Positions 48,978 to 62,029 of a stretch of DNA of 64,000 bases are shown here, piece by piece; position 1 is the stretch's first letter; the number at the start of each line of letters is the position of its first letter. Where the stretch lies: NCBI GenBank assembly GCA_965153285.1, contig OZ229111.1, one strand, 5' to 3'. The notes below the pieces were generated by a model. The model ran no database searches and was not told the origin of the DNA. It saw only the letters and a list, made by a program, of their open reading frames with translations. Origin of the DNA: Podarcis tiliguerta (taxonomy: Eukaryota). Made by a program: the position numbers and the translations under genes.

Positions 48978-51439
48978 CAAGCCACAGATGGGAATCTTCA
49001 ATGGCGTGAATCACCCAAATAGTTTTAATAGGGGATCAGGAGATAAAAGCTAACTCCATCTAATCTGGCTGTCTATCTGCTTATATTGTCCCATCCAAGC
49101 AGCGTCTGAACTCCCACCCAATGAACCCCTACAAAGGGGAAGATCTCATTCACAGACCAAATGTCAGCAGAGTTAAGCGTGCCTCCGTAATCTGTTATTG
49201 TTGCAGCAAAGTGCTTTTCCTCCTCGCCCTCCCCACCATCTGGAGGCCTTTTCGGCAGAGGGTGGGCTAACGGAAGGTCATGAATGAAGAGCAGTTCGCT
49301 TAATTGACAGTCAGCTACCTGACAGTTTGCTGCTTTCATTGCAGTCCCCCTCCCTCTTCACTCACTCACTCACTCTCTCTCTCCCTCCCCACCCCCAACT
49401 TCTATGCCGCAGGCACACAGGCAGTGAAGATCAAGCATTAAAGATCAAGCATTAAAAATCAATCACTTTGGGGTTCTTTTGTAGCAGCAGGTGGACACAC
49501 CTTCTCCCTGACATGTGCCTGGATGAGAAAGGAATCTTGTTTTGCAAGCAAGCTCATTACCATAAAAATGAAATGTGGTGGTGGTTGGTTGGTTGGTGTT
49601 TTTGTTTGTTTGTTTGATTGATCGACTGATTTCCAGCAGCTACCTGGCTCCACTTATTTAGTTCATTCTATGTCACCAGGATGGCTTTAATGGGGGTCAT
49701 GGCTTCTCTGCATTTGAACACATGTTCTCACCTGCTACAGCCTCTGTCAGCATCATCTTTGCTGAGAGGCTTACATATACTGAGCTGTGTGTGAGGCTTT
49801 GGCTACCTGGTGAGCCAGGACTGAATGGAAAACACGCAACAGTCGCAGGGTATCAAAGCTCAAGAGAGCTTATAGAATCCAGAATGGATGTTTGGGACAA
49901 ATATCTTACCTGAACAACCACACAGGTTGCAAAACTTCTGCTTTTTCCTTCACTAAATTACCCTTTCCTAGAATCCCCTACTCCCAAGCTGTCTCTTCTG
50001 GCTTTTCATATCAGGACCGAGACAGCAGATTAGTTCTAATATTATGCCAAATGACTGCATCTATTTCCTTGAAAATGGAAAGGCATGCACAGCCTTGATT
50101 TGTAATATTGCTACCTCACTTGTTTAGTGCCCCTCTGAAGAGATAAGCTTCCCACATTCAAAGACAAGGAAGTGTGCCACCACTCTAGTGATGATGATGA
50201 TGATGATGATACTTCTTCTGATGTGGAGCTGGAAATGCACAAAATTATGAATGTTCAAACTAGGGCCCTTTAGAAGTGATGGAATGCTGCAGAAAAGGCC
50301 TAAAAGAAACCACAGAAGTGGTCTGGAAAGCTACCAACAGCTAATATACTCAGACTGTAATCTGAACATTTCCCCCCTTTTGTTTCAAATTATCTAGGAT
50401 TAGCGTTTGGGAAAAGTCTCAATCATTCCACTCAATTCCGAATTATTTATAGAAGCTAAATAAAGAATAAATTGAGCAATGGTGAACTGAAGACCTGCTG
50501 GTGGAGGGAAAGTTGCATACTGGAAAACGAGCAATTTTCTCTCAATAGGACTGTTTATTATTTTCTTCCTTCTGCAGAAATTGACAAATTATCTTTAAAG
50601 TTCTGCTGCTTAGCAACACCAGTTCCACTGATCTGCTTGGAAGATGTTAATTGCTTCTCCAAACAATGAGAAACGTTTAAAGGGATACACCTCTAATTTC
50701 ATAGAATGATAAACTGGTCAGGAATATGATAGGTTAATCAGCTTTACGGCTCTAGTTTATTTGGCCTTTCCGTAGCCACTGGGCAAAAGACAATCAGGAC
50801 ACCCCCAAGCAGAAATTAGTTGCTCAGGTGGGCCTTCTCTATGTAACAAATTTCTGGAGAAGAAAGCAGAGTGTGGAAGTTATGGAAGATGGAAGGTAAT
50901 AGCATTTGAAGCCATGACTGCTTCTGCCATTTGGGCAAAGAGATCAGCTTCAGATGTTGGCACCATGAGGGGAAAGGATGGAACAGAAGAGGGCAGGAAT
51001 TAAGTGTCTGGATAGTGCCACAAACACCTTTGGAAATTTTGCCCCAACGAGAGTTGGGCTGCATTATTTTGGATTTGCTTGAGGCAGTCCTGGCACTCCT
51101 TTTTTTCAGCTTTACTCTCTACCATCAGGGATATGAGCAGTTCTTCTTTGCACAGAGTCCAGTCCAACAATTAAGGCAAAAGTGGACTGTACTCAGCTGA
51201 AGTACATTTTTAAAATTGCTACTGTGCCTATTGAGCATTTTCCTGTACTGTGCTATATAGAATCAGGTGATAACCAGCTCTGGAAAGCAGCTTGTCAAGA
51301 TGTTTGTATTATTATTTTTCAGAAATGAGCTCTATTTTGACCTTGAATAAGTGTCAACTAAAGGACTGGCTCTTCTAGATAGAATCCAGAAGGAACCTAC
51401 AACTAATTAGAAACACCAATTTCCCCCCTTGGTATCCAC

Positions 51440-52057
51440 TCTTGAGAAGAGAGCATTTTAGAGCTCATTATCTGACCGAACTCTCACCAGTTTCCTTAAG
51501 AAATGCCTTTACTGGGCTGCATTTCCAAGCGACACCCACTGCTATAACATACTCAAGCAGACTTTGTATTTGTGGTCAACCTCAGGTAAAATACATCACT
51601 CATTATCTGTTAGACTGCCCCTCATATAGAGATCCAAGAGATCACTTTCCGAAACCCTTGTTCACACAAGCAAGCAGGCACACCCCAGCAGAAAGGATTT
51701 GGTTTCTTCTGAAGGAAAATAATAGCTTCGTAACACAGAGAGTGGCCATCTATGCACTGGCTGCAAAAGCATCAGGAAAATCACTATAAATTGTTGTAGT
51801 GATTCGGAGGTTTAATCTGAAATCAAGCTGGATTTCAGTTTGCTGGTGTCTCTGGAAACTTCTCTCTTACATCATGGGTGTTGGCAAGCTGGATTTTTAA
51901 AAGGCAAAATAACAGTTTTAGCTGTCAGAGATGCACAAAGCCTTAGTTATACTATGGATTTTTATATTGTGGATGTATGTTCTGTATTATTTTATTAATA
52001 CTATTGCCTAATAAAAGTTTGTCATGGCTTTTGGCTAGAAAAATAAACTTATGAACT
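51440..52057 (+). mobile_element. Non-LTR retrotransposon 3' fragment with C-terminal Cys/His knuckle (RTE-X-like; clade uncertain)
   Basis: ORF 51442-51789 contains RLCICG..HYLLDCPSYRDPR (CxC..HxxxxCxxY), followed by a T-rich UTR ending ATGGCTTTTGGCTA..AATAAACTT. Confidence 0.65.
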
Positions 52058-52844
52058 GGAAGCATGTCAACTAAACCATATGGTTCCTTTGCTAACGGAG
52101 AATGAGAATGAACAACGGGTATGGATGAGGGATGTAGTTAGAGGACACACAGCACAGCACCCTCTGGAAACCAAATTTTGGTTCTTTACAATTCTTCGAA
52201 AATGCTTATACATTGACAACATTTAAAATTTGGACCAAATGGGTGAGACACTTGGCATCGGGAATGGCCCCAGTTATCCTACTGCAGCGCCATTTCTTGT
52301 TCAAATATAATAGCAGATCATTTAATATATAGCCTCATCAGTTATACACTCTATTGGACTTCTATGAAAAACATTATCTACAACCAATATTAAGACACAC
52401 TTGGCTCTTGGGTTGCCAACTGAGGTCTTTTCTGTTAGGTTCATAGACAAAAAAGGGGGACGCCACTATGTAATTAATCCAATTTAGCCAAGTAAATAAA
52501 GATGCAAACGTGCCTGTAAAGGGCTTGGTCTCTTTATCATGTGAAATATTGATTTGATGCCTCTTTTGGTTCCACTCAAGAGTCAGAGACTCTGGTGAGA
52601 ACTTAATTGGAACACCACTAGAGGAGCAGAAATGGAATGGGCAGGGCTCTAAACCACCTTTTTGTCAGCACAAATGAGAGCGTTCTAATTAAATAGACCG
52701 TCATTCCTCTTTATTTAGCTCTGCTGATTTTTATACACAAAGGAGGCGGCAGACTTAAACATAGGCATCATTTTGTATTTGTTAGCACTGGCATGGTCAT
52801 ATGTAGTAAAATTCTGAAAGACCCTTGATCAGCTTAGAATAGGA

Positions 52845-53045
52845 TAGGCCACTCTCAACTTACATGGGGGTTACGTTCTGGGGACAGCGTGTAAAGCCAA
52901 TACACACTGGGTTCAATGGCAGGTGGGATTGCCAAAGTCTTTTTCCATGGACACCCACCCCCTTTCTTCCCCCCTCCCCCTAACTGTCAAGCACATCAAG
53001 CTGAATGCACACAAGTTATATGTGTGTTAAGTTGAGAGTTACCTG
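52845..53045. mobile_element. Older Tigger-like MITE
   Basis: Inverted ends ACTCTCAACTTA..TAAGTTGAGAGT, right end ACCTG followed by TA. The left terminus is decayed. Confidence 0.6.
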
Positions 53046-53926
53046 TATGGCAAATTGCCCTCCTGGGAGAAATTTCCTATAAATAAAGTATCCAAGGGGA
53101 CAAAGAAGTACAAAGGAAAAATTCCTTGCTGAACAGTATCATTTCATTTCCAAACTAGGAGACGCATGGCCAGAAACTAAGGTCTGGATAGTGTGAACAT
53201 GTTCTGGTCTGAGGTATTAGTCTTAACAGAAAACAGTTTTGGTTAGAAAAAAAACTGAGAAAAGAGAGCATAGGAAGCAATGCTATTATCTTTTTTATTT
53301 ATCTGACAAGCCTGTGAATGCACATATAAATTTAAGTTTGATAGACTAATTGTTCACACAACACTGTATTGTATTACTTTTCTTTCCCTGTTTGTGAAGA
53401 TGCTGTATTTTATTTGTTTCCCCTGATTTTCTTATTTATGTATATTTTCTCCTGGTGTCAATAATCAGGGAGTTCCAATGTGCGGATTCTGCTAATAGTA
53501 AACTCAGTTGGTGACAGCTGCCAAGATAGCAGCTGAAACCTGTTTGATGCAGTGGAAGTTCCCATTAGTGCAATGAGAAGGGAGTGTATATTTTGCCAAT
53601 TCAGCCTCAATCCTGCAGCCTCCTTGCACTACCACTCCCAAAGGCAGGCGGAACAGTCAGCGAGAGGAGGAATAAGCTCAAACCACTTCCCTTCTGTGTT
53701 TTGCTGCCACTGGATCAATAAGCCTTTTGTCTTTGAGGGGATTCCATTGGATATAACCCTTTGACCTTATGTTCTACTGAAAGGAACTGGACTTAAGTTA
53801 GTCCATGTGTTTTATCCACTGGTTTCAATGGGACTTTGGCACCACCAACTTTAATTGGATTAGGGCCATTGTACTGACTGATGGGTGAATTGCCAACTGG
53901 TTGCTCTAATAAAGCCTATGGTGTAC

Positions 53927-54206
53927 CAGGGGAGCCAACTTGGGCCCCAGGTTATGAGTGCCCAGCGTATGACGTCACACCCGCCCCGCCCCCCAGCCTT
54001 CAAACCTGACTTCTGGTACCACTGGAAGTCAGGTTCTAAAACCTCAGAAGGCCTTAGAAAGCATCTCTGAGGCCTCAGAGATGCTGTCTGAGGCCTTGCA
54101 CGACCTCAGAAGTGTGTGGGGGCCCTGTGGTGTGGCTGCTGAGCACCCACAACAAAATTTTGGTAGGTGCTCAGGCACCCAGAGCACCCCATACTTGGCG
54201 CCCATG
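53927..54206. mobile_element. hAT-like MITE with central palindrome
   Basis: Ends CAGGGGAGCCAAC..CTTGGCGCCCATG. Flanks TGGTGTAC and TGGTGCCA match at 5/8. GAGCACCC subterminal repeats and a 26-bp palindrome at 54060-54085. Confidence 0.6.
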
Positions 54207-56202
54207 TGGTGCCATTCATCAGCCCTGTGTCATCCATTCAGAACTCTTCTTGCCTCACACAGTTTGTGAATGGAGAATTCATTCACCCAGAGAAAAGTTC
54301 CTGCTCCCAAAGAACCTACAGCAAACATCTATAACTTCCAAAGCCAGTAAGAAACCCTGCATTAGGAAGTGCTGCGGGTGCTGGACTGGCAATCTGTCCT
54401 TCTGAGTTATTGGTTCTGCATCGGCTACTGCTTTAACATGATAAATACTGTCATTAAAAATCAGCTCAATGGAAATATATGTCATTTCCACTCCTCTGAG
54501 CTCCCGAGACTGGCAGAGGCTGAATCAAATCACCACAAGTGTGTTTCAACATGCTATTTGCAAAGGTTCTTATTTATTGCCTACTTAGGAAAGTGGGTTG
54601 GTATTCTTTTTAAACACTTCTGAAGAATTAAAAGCCTTGAATCAATAGGAAGCAATAGCCCCATATATTAGCCACAGCCATAACAAAAGATAACCCAACC
54701 AGCATGACTCTTTACTTCTCGGAGCTCAAACAACCAATCACAGGTTTCGGTTCAAGGCCGAGGAAATACTTTGATTGTGTGAACCTGAGATCACAAGAAT
54801 AATCATAAACAAATATCACAAAGGCTGCCGTCTAGCTTTTCATAAGCAACTTATAGAGTCATAGAGTTGGAAGCCTTCCTATGGCTATACCTGCCCAAAG
54901 TGCTCTTTAAAAAAAAAAGTTCAACTAGATGTTATATTATTTTTAAGAGACATAGAAAATGCAATCTAGAATATTAAAATCCAGTGAGGTTAGCCCCTAA
55001 TGGACTGTGCTCTGGAATTACCAAGCAAGAGTAAGTCAACTGGGCACTAACTTCATGAATGGTTTGAAGGCTGGCAGAATCTAAAAGAAACTGTATAATC
55101 AATCAATGCAGAACCAATCAGCCACTTCTCAAAGTATCATTATTTCTAGCCAATCCATGACACTGCCATCTTCTGAAATGAGACTCTAAGCCCTGATCCA
55201 AAACACACTTACTTGAAAGTTCTACTGAAACAGTGAGATTTACTTTCCAAGCAACTATGTTTAGGAGAAGTGATCATTTTCATTTTAGACATCTTAAGTA
55301 AACTGAAGGAAGTCTTGCTTAGAACCGCTTTTAATTAGCAGATCAGACAGTTTTGCATAAATTTGCTTAATTTGAATACTTTATCAGCTGTAGACTTTGC
55401 CCATAAAGGAACAATCTGACACTGATGCAGGCTGTGTAGTTCTCACACTGAGAAGGCTCATTAATGTGTTGGAACAATTGTTTATGCTCAGTTCATGCTA
55501 TTGCATGAGTATTAAAATGAGCCTAAGGCTATGATTTGCAGAATCTTTAGCATAGATTACGTATACTGAAGCCACTGAGATTACTCCAAAGTAACTGACC
55601 AAAGCATAACACTCCAATCTGAAACATCTGTTCTGACTAATCTGCCCTGAAGGCCAGTATAATACTCCTTCAGTATAAACATAATGTTATGGGTGGAATT
55701 CAATGTCAAGCTGAGGCGATCAGTCTGTCTGCACAAAATTTTCAGATGTCCAGACAGAACAATTGCTCCTCCCCCTGTATGCTGTTCTGGGGATTCTCCC
55801 AGTGTTCCCCAGAGCCAAATTCAGAAGGGGACTGTGGGTGGGGGGAACTCCATGGCACAAGTGGAATTCCTTATGCAGGATCTTTAGGTGAATCACACTC
55901 TATGGGTTTTTTAGTTCCATGGGTGGTCAGTATATTCTGTACTAAACCAAACAGTTTACAGGCAAGGGCCAATTCACACATATTTAGAATGTGCACAACT
56001 GTGCACGCACGCATCACGGCAACCCAGAGGTGGCCAGGAAAGGGAGTGGAATGGGGCTTAATAGGGCAGAGTGGGCTTATACATGCTCCACTGTCATGCA
56101 CAATAACCCAGAACACGACCACGCACAAATCAGGCATAGCCTGTATTTAGTAGTGAGCACATCTCAGGATCAAGCTGCAACCAAGTGTGTTCACTGGCCC
56201 TA

Positions 56203-56578
56203 AAAAGGTAAAGGTAAAGGTAAAGGACCCCTGACAGTTAAGTCCAGTCACGGACGACTCTGGGGTTGTGGCGCTCATCTCGCTTTACTGGCCGAGGGAG
56301 CCGACGTTTGTCCACAGACAGTTTTTCCGGGTCATGTGGCTAGAATGACTAAGTCGCTTCTGGTGAAACCAGAGCAGCGCACAGAAACACCGTTTACCTT
56401 CCTGCAGAAGCGGTACCTATTTATCTACTTGCACTTTGACGTGCTTCCGAACTGCTAGGTTGGCAGGAGCAGGGACCAAGCAACGGGAGCTCACCCCATC
56501 GTGGGGATTTGAACCACCAACCTTCCAATCAGCAAGCCCTAGGCTCAGTGGTTTAGACCACAGTGCCACCCGCGTCCC
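56203..56578 (-). mobile_element. Full-length Sauria SINE (different subfamily)
   Basis: (AAAGGT)n tail and a head ending CCACCCGCGTCCC. TSD TCACTGGCCC (56191-200, 56599-608), offset by an extra segment. Confidence 0.92.
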
Positions 56579-56782
56579 TGAAAATGATCAGCCTCTACTC
56601 ACTGGCCCGACAGGACTACAATTTACAGTCCTCAAACTTTGAGTAGAGGCAGATCATTTTCAGGCCTACTTGCATTTATACTTTGGGGGAAACTACCATT
56701 CTGCAAGGCATTCCCTTATGGATGCATGTGGTGGAAAAGAAGATGGGTGCAAATGGAATCCATGAATTGATGTTACACATGA

Positions 56783-56875
56783 AGCACTGTAGCTCAGTAG
56801 CAGAGCATCTGCTCTGTATGAAGAAGTTTCCTGGTTCAATCCCCAGGATCTTCAAATAGGGCTCTGAAGATTCCC
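56783..56875 (+). mobile_element. tRNA-headed SINE 5' fragment (Squam3-like)
   Basis: A box TAGCTCAGTAG, B box GGTTCAATCCC, then ATCTTCAAATAGGGCT. Confidence 0.6.
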
Positions 56876-58795
56876 CCCACCCCCACCACTACCACTGCTG
56901 TCTGGTTTCCAACTGACAGTCAGCTGACCAACAGGACCAAACAAGTAGGAGCTCTTCAAGCAATAAAATTGCTTTAAATACAGGGAAGTCAAATCAATTA
57001 AGCAGTTTAAGCATATTTGTGGCTAGCAGTCTACAGTAAGCACATGCCTACCACGAGAAGTGCCTATATGCTCTGCAAAGTGCTGAAACAAGCGGGACAT
57101 CACCACCATAAACAGACTTCCACTGGAGCCTAATCTAGAGGAAGATAATTTTAGAAGCCATTTTCTTGCTGCATTGAAGACTCAACTTTATTACCCCAGT
57201 GACGCGTACAAACAAGAGAAACCTGAAGATGATAATGGTCAGCAGTTTTGTCAGACCCCTGTGCAACTGCTGAAATTCTCCATCTCCCATAATGTGCTGC
57301 TTTTCACTGGCTTGGCACAAAACCACTTCTGCTTCATATCTAACCACTTCACTTTTCTCTCTTCCCATCAGCCTCTTCACTTGCTTTCCTATTAATTTTT
57401 CTATATCCGTTTCAAGGCTGTTTTATTCACCTACAAAAGCTCTAGCCAATCTCACTAGAATTCAACTGGCACTTTAAACCCTCCACCAACAGCCAATGCT
57501 TTTAAAAGCAGCTGCAGATTGGCAAATCTGGGGCTGCTAGACACCTAGCTTGCTTTAAGCGTCCCTGGAAAAGACCAGAGTTCCTTCCTCTTTGGTTAAC
57601 CTTTCTGTGTTTGTGTGAAATCTGCTTCTGGCTGAGATCTAAAGCTTTTGATTCTGTTTTGGACTTTAAAACTAAAACAAAGAATAAAACTGCTTTTAAC
57701 TAGAAGATAAGGCCATTTTTCATAAACATGCTTAATTTGAATTGCAATGCTTTGTTTTGCTCAAAGTTCAGGACCTTTTTGGCAAGAAATGGGAATGTGA
57801 GTTCCAAGACCAGCATGGGCAGCTAGATAGGGACTTGGAGCCATGGGAATGAATTGGCTTTTATCTTAATCCTTTCACTTAAGCTTGGATGTGGGACTGG
57901 AACCTAGATTAGGCACTGAGGGCTACAATCCTACACGTCTTTATGTGGGATCAGGTCCCATATAGCGCAACAGGACATACTTCTGAGTATAGGATTGTGT
58001 TGTTCTCATTAGTGTGTGTTTGAGAACTGGCCCCACTGTGAATAATTGTTATGAATCTTATGTATTAGAAAGTGATGTTTTCAACCCTTTTTCTGAAAGC
58101 AGCAAGTATTGGCAATTTCAGAAGAGGTATACAAAAGGCTTATGCAGGATTTAATCCACATTCCAAGCCTCTGGACATCTTGGTCAAAACCACTGATGCA
58201 CTTCTGTGAAAATATAAAAACCTTTTTTGGTTGCAAGTTAGCCTTCACTCCTTCCCAATATAATTAGTTCTGTGGGTTAATAGTGAGTTGTGTAAAAGTA
58301 TCTCCTTCCATCTGTTTTAAAACCTGTGTGTTTAAGTAAGCATTTCCTCGTTCACTTTTGGTATAGAGCAGTACTATGCAGATATAGTACTACCATCCAT
58401 CTCTCCCTTTTGCTATCTAAGGCCCCTGGTCCATGTTCCTGGTCAATTTATTCTGCTTTATTTTCCAAAGTCTACTAAATCCTTTCCATAAGACAGCAAC
58501 CAAAAATGGTGCTCAATATTCAAAAGGCAGGCAGAATATAATTGTAAATGAGGCATTACATATTCTTTACTATTGGTTCTTAGTATGCCATTTGCCCTTT
58601 GAATGGCTACATTAAGTTGATAGTTTCAGTGGACAATTTCTGGCAGCTCTCAGCTAATATGGATCCCAAACACAGCAAGGTCAGATCTGAACCAGAAACT
58701 CAGGGAACAATGGGAAGGTGATGACAGAGGTCTTGCAGGATTGGAAAAGGGCAAAAGAGGTTGTCACACTTAAGATCACTTAACCACGTACTGTA

Positions 58796-58993
58796 CATAA
58801 GAACTTAATTCGTTCTGGAGGTCTGTTCTTAACCTGAAACTGTTCTTAACCTGAGGTGCCACTTTAACTAATGGGGCCTCCCGCCGCCACATGATTTCTG
58901 TTCTCATCCTGAAGCAAAGTTCTTAATCCAAGGTACTATTTCTGGGTTGGCGGAGTCTGTAACCTGAAGCGTCTGTAACCCGAGGTACCACTG
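58796..58993. mobile_element. Tigger-like MITE, family A, with most of the left TIR deleted
   Basis: Colinear with 8296-8504. The right TIR GAGGTACCACTG+TA is intact; the left end reads TA-CA-[deletion]-TAAGAACTT. Confidence 0.88.
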
Positions 58994-59760
58994 TATCTGG
59001 GTAACCTGTGCTGCGGCAGCCAAAAGAAGGGTATTCCCCAATTCCTTTGGTTGTACTTCTTTACATACATATTCCCTTGGTATATGTCACTAGCCAGCCC
59101 CTGAATAAGAGGAACAGACACAGGTGAACAGTGAAAAGCCTTGCAATTCCATCCATACTACGATTTCACTATGCTTTATCACCACTTAAATACATTTTCA
59201 GGCTGTCAAAAGGAATATATATATATTGTCTTGCCAAAACAGAGCCATTATGGCACATGTTTGTAAACCACATTGCTAATGTATATGCAAGCAGAAGCCT
59301 ATATTGTGTTAGGACTCTATAGTCTCACCATCTCCACAGATACATGGCAGCTACCTTGACTGTTTGGAACGGGCCTCAGGCTTGTTGCTGGGTGTCCTGA
59401 TAATGCTGCATAATGACCTCGGTGTTGACAAAAGGCTTGGTGTGTTTTTTTCCTCTGCAAAGAAGCTCGTTTTTCCAGTTGCACTGCAAATGCATATAGC
59501 TAATCCCTTGTCACACAGCCTTTCATAATAAGCACCACTCTTGATTTAGCTAATGACTATGTTGCACTAATGCCTTTGATTCCTTATCTTTCCTGCCTAT
59601 GCTTCTATCTAGAGGAAACAAGAAGGGCATCTCAGCTCAAAGATGGAACTAGAACACAGCCTCAAGAGGGACAGTCCTAGGGTCGTTCATCTTGGATCTC
59701 GCGCCTTCCAGAATCCAGGGCTGCTTTTTAGTGTGCCAGAGACGGCATCTTAGCTCATTT

Positions 59761-59950
59761 GGAGAGTCAATGTGGCAGAGTGGCTAAAAGACTGAGCTAT
59801 GAATCAGCAGGTCCCAGAGTATTACATCTGTCGTTAATGTCTAGCTTTAGGCAAGTCATTGGTTGCTTCACAGCCTCAACACCCACATCTACAACACGGG
59901 GCTGATAATACACACCCACCTTGCAGGGTTGTTGTAAGAGTTTCATTGTA
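59761..59950 (+). mobile_element. MIR/CORE-SINE-like element
   Basis: tRNA-like head (GTGGCAGAGTGGCTAA), TTAGGCAAGTCA core and CCTTGCAGGGTTGTTGTAAG. Confidence 0.6.
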
Positions 59951-60360
59951 ATGGCTTGGATCACAACAGAGTTCACGATCATGGGGCTTTCATGCCTCAG
60001 CTTTCCTCTGATGTCCCCTGAAAATACACTCCAGGGGACTGTGAAACCTTTGGGCATGATTTGGGACGGGTGGGTGCAGTCAAAAACTGCCATCTCCCTG
60101 GTGTGAATGGAGGAGCAACTTGGGATCCAAGTCACTGTATGTGGAGTGCTTGAAAGTGCTGTCTAATTCTAAGTACTTTTTTAAAAAAATAATCTAAAAT
60201 TTAGAAATAAATATTTAATAATGCTTACACTACAGTGAAGATTCACCAGTGCTATGACAGGGAATGTTTTTTAGATCCCACAAGGCCATTTTATTCAAGC
60301 CTGTCTATATGCTTTTGATTCCTTTCTATCTCAGTAACCGCACATACAGGTGTAGCCACA

Positions 60361-60393
60361 ATCAATCAATAAATAAATAAATAAATAAATAAA
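60361..60393. repeat. (ATCA)/(AAAT)n simple repeat
   Basis: Seen directly. Confidence 0.85.
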
Positions 60394-61952
60394 TGTGTTA
60401 AAAGCACCCGTTATATCTTCTTTCCTGTTCACCATCAACAGCCAGTTCTTCCCACATGGCAACAAAATTCATGTTTTCAGTCTACAATAATGTGTGTTCT
60501 CAGTCTGTGCAAAGGCATAATTCCTGAAACGTGGTATCTTGGAAAGGAATGGTATTTGCTAGAGCAATGGAGAATGACACCTCAGGCAACCAAAGAGAAC
60601 AGTTTTCCAACCCTGAGTTGTCATTTGAAAGGGCCAGGCTGTTTCTCCTTCAGCTTGTGATGAGTGATTCACCTCATCTCCGAGGAATCTGATTCTTCTG
60701 TTGGGTACTGTGTGTCACACACTTCCTGGGGCCCTAGAGAAATATGTATAACTAACCTTTCTTGTCAAATGAGCTGTTCTTCACCACAAGTACCAGGTAG
60801 CGAAACTAAAAAATGTAACTGATGTATAGAATTTGATCTTCGTTCTCTGCTGAGTTGTAGTTTGCTGTTTTGCTTCTTTTATTCTGTGCATTTAATTTTA
60901 TTGTGCATTGCCTTAAGCAAAGTTTTCAGGGGAAACACAGCCAATGAACGTTAGAATGAACAAATAAAATACATTCGTTCCTGCACTACGTGGAGTCTTC
61001 ATCCCAAACGCCACTAGTGCAGCACTGCATCTTTAGCTGTAGTTAAAACTGGCACCACCCAAATGCACACACAAACTGCTTTTTGTTGGGAGATGCAGGA
61101 TAACTCTAAACTGTGGTCTACTGAGAATACTCATCATCCAGTCAAATTTAGCTATTGTCTTAAAATAGCGAAAGAAACTGGAAGCCATATGGAAGTCTGT
61201 TGGAGCATTTCCCACTGTGTCAGGCTCATTCACACATTACACTGATCCATGAGTGCTGCAAGGATGGTAACATTCCATCATCTACAAACGATATGCTCAA
61301 GGCTAGCCCTAGGTTTTAGTGAGCTCTATGGAAAGCCATTTACTGGACCGTCCCCAAGTCTTTCTGTGGATGGTCATATACCACAACTCTGGGTGCCTTC
61401 TGCTTGGTCACACCAGTGTGCAAAATTAAAATATATACATATGTAAGCGTATCAAGGAGTAAACATGTAATTAAGGTTTTACCACGTCAAGACAAAAAGT
61501 GGAACCAGAACACAAATGACAAGTGAATGAATGTCTGCGGAGGCTTTCATTTGTCTTGGACTCAAGTTTGAGATGAACTAGGGGTTTACCTGGATCAAAA
61601 GTGCAATGAAAGCCAAAAGATAGTAGGTATTGCAGGACCAAGGACAGCAACTAGACAGACAGCTCTAGCAAAGCTCAACTGGGAACTGTCATATAGCTGT
61701 AATTCCTCGGACCAGATCTAGCCCCAGCTACAGCTGTTAGCTGGAGAGGTGTTATGAGAAGCAGAGTTCTGGCCCTGCACTAAAATGGTTCTGGATGTGC
61801 TTTCTGCATCTTCAGATGGGAGTTCATTAGAATTGTTTATGTATTTCTAAGGAGAGAGATATGGGCTTTCTTCTAGTGTCTCTGATCCCTGCTGGTGTGT
61901 CAAGTGCCGCCCTTAACTTCAGGTTTGAGATCATTACTTTTTGTATTTAAAC

Positions 61953-61954
<2 letters not shown>

Positions 61955-61984
<30 letters not shown>
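61955..61984. repeat. (AC)15 microsatellite
   Basis: Seen directly. It reads (UG)n in the JADE2 pre-mRNA. Confidence 0.95.
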
Positions 61985-61986
<2 letters not shown>

Positions 61987-62029
61987 CGCCAAACATGGAG
62001 GCTGAATAGAAAGATGAAATGCAACTTAC

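Larger units (their letters stand above)
39550..62029 (-). other. JADE2: JADE2 intron (22,480 bp, GT..AG, phase 0)
   Basis: Bounded by the splice sites of the two flanking exons. No intervening JADE-like coding sequence is seen in the ORF track. Confidence 0.88.

Noticed and set aside
51442-51789. Novel zinc-finger host gene nested in the intron
   Set aside because: The motif and 3' context fit a truncated LINE ORF C-terminus. It has a non-ATG start and no exon structure.
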